A stretch of DNA of 64,000 nucleotides from Monocercomonoides exilis PA203. Its lineage: Eukaryota; Protista; Preaxostyla. The notes under the pieces are model-generated. The model did not search any database and was not told where the DNA came from. It saw only the letters and a program-made list of their open reading frames with translations. Where the stretch lies: the NCBI GenBank assembly GCA_001643675.2, contig LSRY02000060.1, forward strand, positions 1 to 64,000, read 5' to 3'. Within the stretch, counting starts at the first letter, position 1, and each line of letters begins with the position of its first letter. The position numbers and the translations under genes are program-made. Of the stretch, positions 14,901 through 29,900 are shown in pieces.

Positions 14901-17900
14901 AAATAACTTACAAACCGAATTGAATGCGAGTTGCTGCGCAACGTGTAACAATTGGCGACACACACATATCGCTCGCCTCCACCCCAAATGCTCACCCCTT
15001 TTCTGATAAAGAAGGAAAAAATGACTGAAAAAGGGGGTCATTCAGATAGACTGAAAAAATGAAAATATTTTTAAAAAAGAAAGAATGACCAGACAACAAA
15101 AAGAATGTGTGTTTGGGAGGTGTTATGACAAAAGTTAAAAAAGAAAAATAAAAACAAATTGCACCTTTCAAAACCTCGGATCGTCAATTCTGAGCAAAAT
15201 CGATAGATTTTGCCTGCCAACACAAAAATAAAAATTTAAAAAATTGCATAAAAATAACTTACAAACCGAATTGAATGCGAGTTGCTGCGCAACGTAACAA
15301 TTGGCGACACACACATATCGCTCGCCTCCACCCCAAATGCTCACCCCTTTTCTGATAAAGAAGGAAAAAATGACTGAAAAAGGGGTCATTCAGATAGACT
15401 GAAAAAATGAAAATATTTTTTTAAAAAAGAAAGAATGACCAGACAACAAAAAGAATGTGTGTTTGGGAGGTGTTATGACAAAAGTTAAAAAAGAAAATAA
15501 AAACAAATTGCACCTTTCAAAACCTCGGATCGTCAATTCTGAGCAAAATCGATAGATTTTGCCTGCCAACACAAAAAATAAAAATTTAAAAAATTGCATA
15601 AAAATAACTTACAAACCGAATTGAATGCGAGTTGCTGCGCAACGTGTAACAATTGGCGACACACACATATCGCTCGCCTCCACCCCAAATGCTCACCCCT
15701 TTTCTGATAAAGAAGGAAAAAATGACTGAAAAGGGGGTCATTCAGATAGACTGAAAAAATGAAAATATTTTTTTTAAAAAGAAAGAATGACCAGACAACA
15801 AAAAGAATGTGTGTTTGGGAGGTGTTATGACAAAAGTTAAAAAAGAAAAATAAAAACAAATTGCACCTTTCAAAACCTCGGATCATATTCCGAGCAAAAT
15901 CGATAGATTTTGCCTGCCAACACAAAAATAAAAATTTAAAAAATTGCATAAAAATAACTTACAAACCGAATTGAATGCGAGTTGCTGCGCAACGTAACAA
16001 TTGGCGACACACACATATCGCTCGCCTCCACCCCAAATGCTCACCCCTTTTCTGATAAAGAAGGAAAAAATGACTGAAAAAGGGGGTCATTCAGATAGAC
16101 TGAAAAAATGAAAATATTTTTTAAAAAGAAAGAATGACCAGACAACAAAAAGAATGTGTGTTTGGGAGGTGTTATGACAAAAGTTAAAAAAGAAAAATAA
16201 AAACAAATTGCACCTTTCAAAACCTCGGATCGTCAATTCTGAGCAAAATCGATAGATTTTGCCTGCCAACACAAAAATAAAAATTTAAAAAATTGCATAA
16301 AAATAACTTACAAACCGAATTGAATGCGAGTTGCTGCGCAACGTGTAACAATTGGCGACACACACATATCGCTCGCCTCCACCCCAAATGCTCACCCCTT
16401 TTCTGATAAAGAAGGAAAAATGACTGAAAAGGGGGTCATTCAGATAGACTGAAAAATGAAAATATTTTTTTAAAAAGAAAGAATGACCAGACAACAAAAA
16501 GAATGTGTGTTTGGGAGGTGTTATGACAAAAGTTAAAAAAGAAAAATAAAAACAAATTGCACCTTTCAAAACCTCGGATCGTCAATTCTGAGCAAAATCG
16601 ATAGATTTTGCCTGCCAACACAAAAAAATAAAAATTTAAAAAATTGCATAAAAATAACTTACAAACCGAATTGAATGCGAGTTGCTGCGCAACGTGTAAC
16701 AATTGGCGACACACACATATCGCTCGCCTCCACCCCAAATGCTCACCCCTTTTCTGATAAAGAAGGAAAAATGACTGAAAAAGGGGGTCATTCAGATAGA
16801 CTGAAAAATGAAAATATTTTTTTTAAAAGAAAGAATGACCAGACAACAAAAAGAATGTGTGTTTGGGAGGTGTTATGACAAAAGTTAAAAAAGAAAATAA
16901 AAACAAATTGCACCTTTCAAAACCTCGGATCGTCAATTCTGAGCAAAATCGATAGATTTTGCCTGCCAACACAAAAATAAAAATTTAAAAAATTGCATAA
17001 AAATAACTTACAAACCGAATTGAATGCGAGTTGCTGCGCAACGTAACAATTGGCGACACACACATATCGCTCGCCTCCACCCCAAATGCTCACCCTTTTC
17101 TGATAAAGAAGGAAAAAATGACTGAAAAAGGGGGTCATTCAGATAGACTGAAAAAATGAAAATATTTTTTTAAAAAAGAAAGAATGACCAGACAACAAAA
17201 AGAATGTGTGTTTGGGAGGTGTTATGACAAAAGTTAAAAAAGAAAAATAAAAACAAATTGCACCTTTCAAAACCTCGGATCGTCAATTCTGAGCAAAATC
17301 GATAGATTTTGCCTGCCAACACAAAAATAAAAATTTAAAAAATTGCATAAAAATAACTTACAAACCGAATTGAATGCGAGTTGCTGCGCAACGTGTAACA
17401 ATTGGCGACACACATATCGCTCGCCTCCACCCCAAATGCTCACCCCTTTTCTGATAAAGAAGGAAAAATGACTGAAAAAGGGGGTCATTCAGATAGACTG
17501 AAAAAATGAAAATATTTTTTTTAAAAAAAGAAAGAATGACCAGACAACAAAAAGAATGTGTGTTTGGGAGGTGTTATGACAAAAGTTAAAAAAGAAAATA
17601 AAAACAAATTGCACCTTTCAAAACCTCGGATCGTTAATTCTTGAGCAAAATCGATAGATTTTGCCTGCCAACACAAAAAAATAAAAATTTAAAAAATTGC
17701 ATAAAAATAACTTACAAACCGAATTGAATGCGAGTTGCTGCGCAACGTGTAACAATTGGCGACACACACATATCGCTCGCCTCCACCCCAAATGCTCACC
17801 CCTTTTCTGATAAAGAAGGAAAAATGACTGAAAAGGGGGTCATTCAGATAGACTGAAAAAATGAAAATATTTTTTTAAAAAGAAAGAATGACCAGACAAC

Positions 17901-20900
17901 AAAAAGAATGTGTGTTTGGGAGGTGTTATGACAAAAGTTAAAAAAGAAAAATAAAAACAAATTGCACCTTTCAAAACCTCGGATCGTCAATTCTGAGCAA
18001 AATCGATAGATTTTGCCTGCCAACACAAAAAATAAAAATTTAAAAAATTGCATAAAAATAACTTACAAACCGAATTGAATGCGAGTTGCTGCGCAACGTG
18101 TAACAATTGGCGACACACACATATCGCTCGCCTCCACCCCAAATGCTCACCCCTTTTCTGATAAAGAAGGAAAAATGACTGAAAAGGGGGTCATTCAGAT
18201 AGACTGAAAAAATGAAAATATTTTTTAAAAGAAAGAATGACCAGACAACAAAAAGAATGTGTGTTTGGGAGGTGTTATGACAAAAGTTAAAAAGAAAATA
18301 AAAAAAAACAAATTGCACCTTTCAAAACCCTCGGATCGTTTAATTCCTGGAGCAAAATCGATAGATTTTGCCTGCCAACACAAAAAATAAAAATTTAAAA
18401 AAATTGCATAAAAATAACTTACAAACCGAATTGAATGCGAGTTGCTGCGCAACGTGTAACAATTGGCGACACACATATCGCTCGCCTCCACCCCAAATGC
18501 TCACCCCTTTTCTGATAAAGAAGGAAAAAATGACTGAAAAAGGGGGTCATTCAGATAGACTGAAAAATGAAAATATTTTTTTTAAAAAAGAAAGAATGAC
18601 CAGACAACAAAAAGAATGTGTGTTTGGGAGGTGTTATGACAAAAGTTAAAAAAGAAAAATAAAAACAAATTGCACCTTTCAAAACCTCGGATCGTCAATT
18701 CTGAGCAAAATCGATAGATTTTGCCTGCCAACACAAAAAAATAAAAATTTAAAAAATTGCATAAAAATAACTTACAAACCGAATTGAATGCGAGTTGCTG
18801 CGCAACGTGTAACAATTGGCGACACACACATATCGCCTCCACCCCAAATGCTCACCCTTTTCTGATAAAGAAGGAAAAATGACTGAAAAGGGGGTCATTC
18901 AGATAGACTGAAAAAATGAAAATATTTTTTTTAAAAAGAAAGAATGACCAGACAACAAAAAGAATGTGTGTTTGGGAGGTGTTATGACAAAAGTTAAAAA
19001 AGAAAAATAAAAACAAATTGCACCTTTCAAAACCTCGGATCGTCAATTCTGAGCAAAATCGATAGATTTTGCCTGCCAACACAAAAAAATAAAAATTTAA
19101 AAAAATTGCATAAAAATAACTTACAAACCGAATTGAATGCGAGTTGCTGCGCAACGTGTAACAATTGGCGACACACATATCGCTCGCCTCCACCCCAAAT
19201 GCTCACCCCTTTTCTGATAAAGAAGGAAAAATGACTGAAAAGGGGGTCATTCAGATAGACTGAAAAATGAAAATATTTTTTTAAAAAAGAAAGAATGACC
19301 AGACAACAAAAAGAATGTGTGTTTGGGAGGTGTTATGACAAAAGTTAAAAAAGAAAAATAAAAACAAATTGCACCTTTCAAAACCTCGGATCGTCAATTC
19401 TGAGCAAAATCGATAGATTTTGCCTGCCAACACAAAAATAAAAATTTAAAAAATTGCATAAAAATAACTTACAAACCGAATTGAATGCGAGTTGCTGCGC
19501 AACGTGTAACAACGACACACACATATCGCTCGCCTCCACCCCAAATGCTCACCCCTTTTCTGATAAAGAAGGAAAAAATGACTGAAAAGGGGGTCATTCA
19601 GATAGACTGAAAAAATGAAAATATTTTTTTAAAAAAGAAAGAATGACCAGACAACAAAAAGAATGTGTGTTTGGGAGGTGTTATGACAAAAGTTAAAAAA
19701 GAAAAATAAAAACAAATTGCACCTTTCAAAACCTCGGATCGTCAATTCTGAGCAAAATCGATAGATTTTGCCTGCCAACACAAAAAAATAAAAATTTAAA
19801 AAAATTGCATAAAAATAACTTACAAACCGAATTGAATGCGAGTTGCTGCGCAACGTGTAACAATTGGCGACACACACATATCGCTCGCCTCCACCCCAAA
19901 TGCTCACCCCTTTTCTGATAAAGAAGGAAAATGACTGAAAAGGGGGTCATTCAGATAGACTGAAAAATGAAAATATTTTTTTTAAAAAGAAAGAATGACC
20001 AGACAACAAAAAGAATGTGTGTTTGGGAGGTGTTATGACAAAAGTTAAAAAAGAAAAATAAAAACAAATTGCACCTTTCAAAACCTCGGATCGTCAATTC
20101 TGAGCAAAATCGATAGATTTTGCCTGCCAACACAAAAAAATAAAAATTTAAAAAATTGCATAAAAATAACTTACAAACCGAATTGAATGCGAGTTGCTGC
20201 GCAACGTGTAACAATTGGCGACACACACATATCGCTCGCCTCCACCCCAAATGCTCACCCCTTTTCTGATAAAGAAGGAAAATGACTGAAAAAGGGGGTC
20301 ATTCAGATAGACTGAAAAATGAAAATATTTTTTTAAAAAGAAAGAATGACCAGACAACAAAAAGAATGTGTGTTTGGGAGGTGTTATGACAAAAGTTAAA
20401 AAAGAAAAATAAAAACAAATTGCACCTTTCAAAACCTCGGATCGTCAATTCTGAGCAAAATCGATAGATTTTGCCTGCCAACACAAAAATAAAAATTTAA
20501 AAAATTGCATAAAAATAACTTACAAACCGAATTGGATGCGAGTTAGCTGCGCAACGTAACAATTGGCGACACACACATATCGCTCGCCTCCACCCCAAAT
20601 GCTCACCCCTTTTCTGATAAAGAAGGAAAAATGACTGAAAAAGGGGTCATTCAGATAGACTGAAAAATGAAAATATTTTTTTAAAAAAGAAAGAATGACC
20701 AGACAACAAAAAGAATGTGTGTTTGGGAGGTGTTATGACAAAAGTTAAAAAAGAAAAATAAAAACAAATTGCACCTTTCAAAACCTCGGATCGTCAATTC
20801 TGAGCAAAATCGATAGATTTTGCCTGCCAACACAAAAAAATAAAAATTTAAAAAATTGCATAAAAATAACTTACAAACCGAATTGAATGCGAGTTGCTGC

Positions 20901-23900
20901 GCAACGTGTAACAATTGGCGACACACACATATCGCTCGCCTCCACCCCAAATGCTCACCCCTTTTCTGATAAAGAAGGAAAAATGACTGAAAAAGGGGGT
21001 CATTCAGATAGACTGAAAAATGAAAATATTTTTTTAAAAAAGAAAGAATGACCAGACAACAAAAAGAATGTGTGTTTGGGAGGTGTTATGACAAAAGTTA
21101 AAAAAGAAAATAAAAACAAATTGCACCTTTCAAAACCTCGGATCGTGAATTCTGAGCAAAATCGATAGATTTTGCCTGCCAACACAAAAAATAAAAATTT
21201 AAAAAAATTGCATAAAAATAACTTACAAACCGAATTGAATGCGAGTTGCTGCGCAACGTAACAATTGGCGACACACACATATCGCTCGCCTCCACCCCAA
21301 ATGCTCACCCCTTTTCTGATAAAGAAGGAAAAATGACTGAAAAGGGGGTCATTCAGATAGACTGAAAAATGAAAATATTTTTTTAAAAGAAAGAATGACC
21401 AGACAACAAAAAGAATGTGTGTTTGGGAGGTGTTATGACAAAAGTTAAAAAAGAAAATAAAAACAAATTGCACCTTTCAAAACCTCGGATCGTCAATTCT
21501 GAGCAAAATCGATAGATTTTGCCTGCCAACACAAAAAAATAAAAATTTAAAAAAATTGCATAAAAATAACTTACAAACCGAATTGAATGCGAGTTGCTGC
21601 GCAACGTAACAATTGGCGACACACACATATCGCTCGCCTCCACCCCAAATGCTCACCCCTTTCTGATAAAGAAGGAAAATGACTGAAAAAGGGGTCATTC
21701 AGATAGACTGAAAAATGAAAATATTTTTTTAAAAAAGAAAGAATGACCAGACAACAAAAAGAATGTGTGTTTGGGAGGTGTTATGACAAAAGTTAAAAAA
21801 GAAAAATAAAAACAAATTGCACCTTTCAAAACCTCGGATCGTCAATTCTGAGCAAAATCGATAGATTTTGCCTGCCAACACAAAAAAATAAAAATTTAAA
21901 AAATTGCATAAAAATAACTTACAAACCGAATTGAATGCGAGTTGCTGCGCAACGTGTAACAATTGGCGACACACACATATCGCTCGCCTCCACCCCAAAT
22001 GCTCACCCCTTTTCTGATAAAGAAGGAAAAAATGACTGAAAAAGGGGTCATTCAGATAGACTGAAAAAATGAAAATATTTTTTTAAAAAAGAAAGAATGA
22101 CCAGACAACAAAAAGAATGTGTGTTTGGGAGGTGTTATGACAAAAGTTAAAAAAGAAAAATAAAAACAAATTGCACCTTTCAAAACCTCGGATCGTCAAT
22201 TCTGAGCAAAATCGATAGATTTTGCCTGCCAACACAAAAAAATAAAAATTTAAAAAATTGCATAAAAATAACTTACAAACCGAATTGAATGCGAGTTGCT
22301 GCGCAACGTGTAACAATTGGCGACACACACATATCGCTCGCCTCCACCCCAAATGCTCACCCCTTTTCTGATAAAGAAGGAAAAAATGACTGAAAAAGGG
22401 GGTCATTCAGATAGACTGAAAAAATGAAAATATTTTTTTAAAAAGAAAGAATGACCAGACAACAAAAAGAATGTGTGTTTGGGAGGTGTTATGACAAAAG
22501 TTAAAAAGAAAAATAAAAACAAATTGCACCTTTCAAAACCTCGGATCGTCAATTCTGAGCAAAATCGATAGATTTTGCCTGCCAACACAAAAAATAAAAA
22601 TTTAAAAAATTGCATAAAAATAACTTACAAACCGAATTGAATGCGAGTTGCTGCGCAACGTGTAACAATTGGCGACACACACATATCGCTCGCCTCCACC
22701 CCAAATGCTCACCCCTTTTCTGATAAAGAAGGAAAAAATGACTGAAAAGGGGGTCATTCAGATAGACTGAAAAAATGAAAATATTTTTTTAAAAAGAAAG
22801 AATGACCAGACAACAAAAAGAATGTGTGTTTGGGAGGTGTTATGACAAAAGTTAAAAAGAAAAATAAAAACAAATTGCACCTTTCAAAACCTCGGATCGT
22901 CAATTCTGAGCAAAATCGATAGATTTTGCCTGCCAACACAAAAAAATAAAAATTTAAAAAATTGCATAAAAATAACTTACAAACCGAATTGAATGCGAGT
23001 TGCTGCGCAACGTGTAACAATTGGCGACACACACATATCGCTCGCCTCCACCCCAAATGCTCACCCCTTTTCTGATAAAGAAGGAAAAAATGACTGAAAA
23101 GGGGGTCATTCAGATAGACTGAAAAAATGAAAATATTTTTAAAAAGAAAGAATGACCAGACAACAAAAAGAATGTGTTTGGGAGGTGTTATGACAAAAGT
23201 TAAAAAAGAAAAATAAAAACAAATTGCACCTTTCAAAACCTCGGATCGTCAATTCTGAGCAAAATCGATAGATTTTGCCTGCCAACACAAAAAATAAAAA
23301 TTTAAAAAAATTGCATAAAAATAACTTACAAACCGAATTGAATGCGAGTTGCTGCGCAACGTGTAACAATTGGCGACACACATATCGCTCGCCTCCACCC
23401 CAAATGCTCACCCCTTTTCTGATAAAGAAGGAAAAATGACTGAAAAAGGGGTCATTCAGATAGACTGAAAAAATGAAAATATTTTTTTTAAAAGAAAGAA
23501 TGACCAGACAACAAAAAGAATGTGTGTTTGGGAGGTGTTATGACAAAAGTTAAAAAGAAAAATAAAAACAAATTGCACCTTTCAAAACCTCGGATCGTCA
23601 ATTCTGAGCAAAATCGATAGATTTTGCCTGCCAACACAAAAATAAAAATTTAAAAAAATTGCATAAAAATAACTTACAAACCGAATTGAATGCGAGTTGC
23701 TGCGCAACGTGTAACAATTGGCGACACACACATATCGCTCGCCTCCACCCCAAATGCTCACCCCTTTTCTGATAAAGAAGAAAAAATGACTGAAAAGGGG
23801 GTCATTCAGATAGACTGAAAAATGAAAATATTTTTTTTAAAAAAGAAAGAATGACCAGACAACAAAAAGAATGTGTGTTTGGGAGGTGTTATGACAAAAG

Positions 23901-26900
23901 TTAAAAAAGAAAAATAAAAACAAATTGCACCTTTCAAAACCTCGGATCGTCAATTCTGAGCAAAATCGATAGATTTTGCCTGCCAACACAAAAAAATAAA
24001 AATTTAAAAAAATTGCATAAAAATAACTTACAAACCGAATTGAATGCGAGTTGCTGCGCAACGTGTAACAATTGGCGACACACACATATCGCTCGCCTCC
24101 ACCCCAAATGCTCACCCCTTTTCTGATAAAGAAGGAAAAAATGACTGAAAAAGGGGGTCATTCAGATAGACTGAAAAAATGAAAATATTTTTTTTAAAAA
24201 AGAAAGAATGACCAGACAACAAAAAGAATGTGTGTTTGGGAGGTGTTATGACAAAAGTTAAAAAAGAAAAATAAAAACAAATTGCACCTTTCAAAACCTC
24301 GGATCGTCAATTCTGAGCAAAATCGATAGATTTTGCCTGCCAACACAAAAAAATAAAAATTTAAAAAATTGCATAAAAATAACTTACAAACCGAATTGAA
24401 TGCGAGTTGCTGCGCAACGTGTAACAATTGGCGACACACACATATCGCTCGCCTCCACCCCAAATGCTCACCCCTTTTCTGATAAAGAAGGAAAAATGAC
24501 TGAAAAAGGGGGTCATTCAGATAGACTGAAAAAATGAAAATATTTTTTTAAAAAGAAAGAATGACCAGACAACAAAAAGAATGTGTGTTTGGGAGGTGTT
24601 ATGACAAAAGTTAAAAAAGAAAATAAAAACAAATTGCACCTTTCAAAACCTCGGATCGTCGAATTCTGAGCAAAATCGATAGATTTTGCCTGCCAACACA
24701 AAAATAAAAATTTAAAAAATTGCATAAAAATAACTTACAAACCGAATTGAATGCGAGTTGCTGCGCAACGTGTAACAATTGGCGACACACACATATCGCT
24801 CGCCTCCACCCCAAATGCTCACCCCTTTTCTGATAAAGAAGGAAAAATGACTGAAAAGGGGGTCATTCAGATAGACTGAAAAAATGAAAATATTTTTTAA
24901 AAAAGAAAGAATGACCAGACAACAAAAAGAATGTGTGTTTGGGAGGTGTTATGACAAAAGTTAAAAAAGAAAAATAAAAACAAATTGCACCTTTCAAAAC
25001 CTCGGATCGTCAATTCTGAGCAAAATCGATAGATTTTGCCTGCCAACACAAAAAATAAAAATTTAAAAAATTGCATAAAAATAACTTACAAACCGAATTG
25101 AATGCGAGTTGCTGCGCAACGTGTAACAATTGGCGACACACACATATCGCTCGCCTCCACCCCAAATGCTCACCCCTTTTCTGATAAAGAAGGAAAATGA
25201 CTGAAAAAGGGGGTCATTCAGATAGACTGAAAAATGAAAATATTTTTTTAAAAAGAAAGAATGACCAGACAACAAAAAGAATGTGTGTTTGGGAGGTGTT
25301 ATGACAAAAGTTAAAAAAGAAAAATAAAAACAAATTGCACCTTTCAAAACCTCGGATCGTCAATTCTGAGCAAAATCGATAGATTTTGCCTGCCAACACA
25401 AAAAAATAAAAATTTAAAAAATTGCATAAAAATAACTTACAAACCGAATTGAATGCGAGTTGCTGCGCAACGTGTAACAATTGGCGACACACACATATCG
25501 CTCGCCTCCACCCCAAATGCTCACCCCTTTTCTGATAAAGAAGGAAAAAATGACTGAAAAAGGGGGTCATTCAGATAGACTGAAAAAATGAAAATATTTT
25601 TTTTAAAAGAAAGAATGACCAGACAACAAAAAGAGAATGTGTTTGGGAGGTGTTATGACAAAAGTTAAAAAAGAAAAATAAAAACAAATTGCACCTTTCA
25701 AAACCTCGGATCGTCGAATTCTGAGCAAAATCGATAGATTTTGCCTGCCAACACAAAAATAAAAATTTAAAAAAATTGCATAAAAATAACTTACAAACCG
25801 AATTGAATGCGAGTTGCTGCGCAACGTGTAACAATTGGCGACACACACATATCGCTCGCCTCCACCCCAAATGCTCACCCCTTTTCTGATAAAGAAGGAA
25901 AAAATGACTGAAAAGGGGGTCATTCAGATAGACTGAAAAATGAAAATATTTTTTTAAAAAGAAAGAATGACCAGACAACAAAAAGAATGTGTGTTTGGGA
26001 GGTGTTATGACAAAAGTTAAAAAGAAAAATAAAAACAAATTGCACCTTTCAAAACCTCGGATCGTCAATTCTGAGCAAAATCGATAGATTTTGCCTGCCA
26101 ACACAAAAAAATAAAAATTTAAAAAAATTGCATAAAAATAACTTACAAACCGAATTGAATGCGAGTTGCTGCGCAACGTGTAACAATTGGCGACACACAC
26201 ATATCGCTCGCCTCCACCCCAAATGCTCACCCCTTTTCTGATAAAGAAGGAAAAATGACTGAAAAGGGGGTCATTCAGATAGACTGAAAAAATGAAAATA
26301 TTTTTTAAAAAAGAAAGAATGACCAGACAACAAAAAGAATGTGTGTTTGGGAGGTGTTATGACAAAAGTTAAAAAGAAAAATAAAAACAAATTGCACCTT
26401 TCAAAACCTCGGATCGTCAATTCTGAGCAAAATCGATAGATTTTGCCTGCCAACACAAAAATAAAAATTTAAAAAATTGCATAAAAATAACTTACAAACC
26501 GAATTGAATGCGAGTTGCTGCGCAACGTGTAACAATTGGCGACACACACATATCGCTCGCCTCCACCCCAAATGCTCACCCCTTTTCTGATAAAGAAGGA
26601 AAAATGACTGAAAAAGGGGGTCATTCAGATAGACTGAAAAAATGAAAATATTTTTTTAAAAAAGAAAGAATGACCAGACAACAAAAAGAATGTGTGTTTG
26701 GGAGGTGTTATGACAAAAGTTAAAAAGAAAAATAAAAACAAATTGCACCTTTCAAAACCTCGGATCGTCAATTCTGAGCAAAATCGATAGATTTTGCCTG
26801 CCAACACAAAAAAATAAAAATTTAAAAAAATTGCATAAAAATAACTTACAAACCGAATTGAATGCGAGTTGCTGCGCAACGTGTAACAATTGGCGACACA

Positions 26901-29900
26901 CACATATCGCTCGCCTCCACCCCAAATGCTCACCCCTTTTCTGATAAAGAAGGAAAAATGACTGAAAAGGGGGTCATTCAGATAGACTGAAAAATGAAAA
27001 TATTTTTAAAGAAAGAATGACCAGACAACAAAAAGAATGTGTGTTTGGGAGGTGTTATGACAAAAGTTAAAAAAGAAAAATAAAAACAAATTGCACCTTT
27101 CAAAACCTCGGATCGTCAATTCTGAGCAAAATCGATAGATTTTGCCTGCCAACACAAAAATAAAAATTTAAAAAAATTGCATAAAAATAACTTACAAACC
27201 GAATTGAATGCGAGTTGCTGCGCAACGTAACAATTGGCGACACACACATATCGCTCGCCTCCACCCCAAATGCTCACCCCTTTTCTGATAAAGAAGGAAA
27301 AATGACTGAAAAAGGGGGTCATTCAGATAGACTGAAAAAATGAAAATATTTTTTTAAAAAGAAAGAATGACCAGACAACAAAAAGAATGTGTGTTTGGGA
27401 GGTGTTATGACAAAAGTTAAAAAGAAAAATAAAAACAAATTGCACCTTTCAAAACCTCGGATCGTCAATTCTGAGCAAAATCGATAGATTTTGCCTGCCA
27501 ACACAAAAATAAAAATTTAAAAAATTGCATAAAAATAACTTACAAACCGAATTGAATGCGAGTTGCTGCGCAACGTAACAATTGGCGACACACACATATC
27601 GCTCGCCTCCACCCCAAATGCTCACCCCTTTTCTGATAAAGAAGGAAAAAATGACTGAAAAAGGGGGTCATTCAGATAGACTGAAAAAATGAAAATATTT
27701 TTTTAAAAAAGAAAGAATGACCAGACAACAAAAAGAATGTGTGTTTGGGAGGTGTTATGACAAAAGTTAAAAAAGAAAAATAAAAACAAATTGCACCTTT
27801 CAAAACCTCGGATCGTCAATTCTGAGCAAAATCGATAGATTTTGCCTGCCAACACAAAAAATAAAAATTTAAAAAATTGCATAAAAATAACTTACAAACC
27901 GAATTGAATGCGAGTTGCTGCGCAACGTGTAACAATTGGCGACACACACATATCGCTCGCCTCCACCCCAAATGCTCACCCCTTTTCTGATAAAGAAGGA
28001 AAAATGACTGAAAAGGGGGTCATTCAGATAGACTGAAAAATGAAAATATTTTTTTAAAAGAAAGAATGACCAGACAACAAAAAGAATGTGTGTTTGGGAG
28101 GTGTTATGACAAAAGTTAAAAAAGAAAAATAAAAACAAATTGCACCTTTCAAAACCTCGGATCGTTATTCTGAGCAAAATCGATAGATTTTGCCTGCCAA
28201 CACAAAAATAAAAATTTAAAAAATTGCATAAAAATAACTTACAAACCGAATTGAATGCGAGTTGCTGCGCAACGTGTAACAATTGGCGACACACACATAT
28301 CGCTCGCCTCCACCCCAAATGCTCACCCCTTTTCTGATAAAGAAGGAAAAAATGACTGAAAAAGGGGGTCATTCAGATAGACTGAAAAAATGAAAATATT
28401 TTTTTAAAAAGAAAGAATGACCAGACAACAAAAAGAATGTGTGTTTGGGAGGTGTTATGACAAAAGTTAAAAAAGAAAAATAAAAACAAATTGCACCTTT
28501 CAAAACCTCGGATCGTTAATTCTGGAGCAAATCGATAGATTTTGCCTGCCAACACAAAAAAATAAAAATTTAAAAAATTGCATAAAAATAACTTACAAAC
28601 CGAATTGAATGCGAGTTGCTGCGCAACGTGTAACAATTGGCGACACACACATATCGCTCGCCTCCACCCCAAATGCTCACCCCTTTTCTGATAAAGAAGG
28701 AAAAATGACTGAAAAGGGGGTCATTCAGATAGACTGAAAAATGAAAATATTTTTTTAAAAAAGAAAGAATGACCAGACAACAAAAAGAATGTGTGTTTGG
28801 GAGGTGTTATGACAAAAGTTAAAAAAGAAAAATAAAAACAAATTGCACCTTTCAAAACCTCGGATCGTTAGGATTCTGAGCAAAATCGATAGATTTTGCC
28901 TGCCAACACAAAAAAATAAAAATTTAAAAAATTGCATAAAAATAACTTACAAACCGAATTGAATGCGAGTTGCTGCGCAACGTGTAACAATTGGCGACAC
29001 ACACATATCGCTCGCCTCCACCCCAAATGCTCACCCCTTTTCTGATAAAGAAGGAAAAATGACTGAAAAAGGGGGTCATTCAGATAGACTGAAAAAATGA
29101 AAATATTTTTTTAAAAAGAAAGAATGACCAGACAACAAAAAGAATGTGTGTTTGGGAGGTGTTATGACAAAAGTTAAAAAAGAAAAATAAAAACAAATTG
29201 CACCTTTCAAAACCTCGGATCGTTGATTCTGAGCAAAATCGATAGATTTTGCCTGCCAACACAAAAAATAAAAATTTAAAAAATTGCATAAAAATAACTT
29301 ACAAACCGAATTGAATGCGAGTTGCTGCGCAACGTGTAACAATTGGCGACACACACATATCGCTCGCCTCCACCCCAAATGCTCACCCCTTTTCTGATAA
29401 AGAAGGAAAAATGACTGAAAAAGGGGTCATTCAGATAGACTGAAAAATGAAAATATTTTTTAAAAAGAAAGAATGACCAGACAACAAAAAGAATGTGTGT
29501 TTGGGAGGTGTTATGACAAAAGTTAAAAAGAAAAATAAAAACAAATTGCACCTTTCAAAACCTCGGATCGTCAATTCTGAGCAAAATCGATAGATTTTGC
29601 CTGCCAACACAAAAATAAAAATTTAAAAAATTGCATAAAAATAACTTACAAACCGAATTGAATGCGAGTTGCTGCGCAACGTGTAACAATTGGCGACACA
29701 CACATATCGCTCGCCTCCACCCCAAATGCTCACCCCTTTTCTGATAAAGAAGGAAAAAATGACTGAAAAAGGGGGTCATTCAGATAGACTGAAAAATGAA
29801 AATATTTTTTTAAAAGAAAGAATGACCAGACAACAAAAAGAATGTGTGTTTGGGAGGTGTTATGACAAAAGTTAAAAAAGAAAAATAAAAACAAATTGCA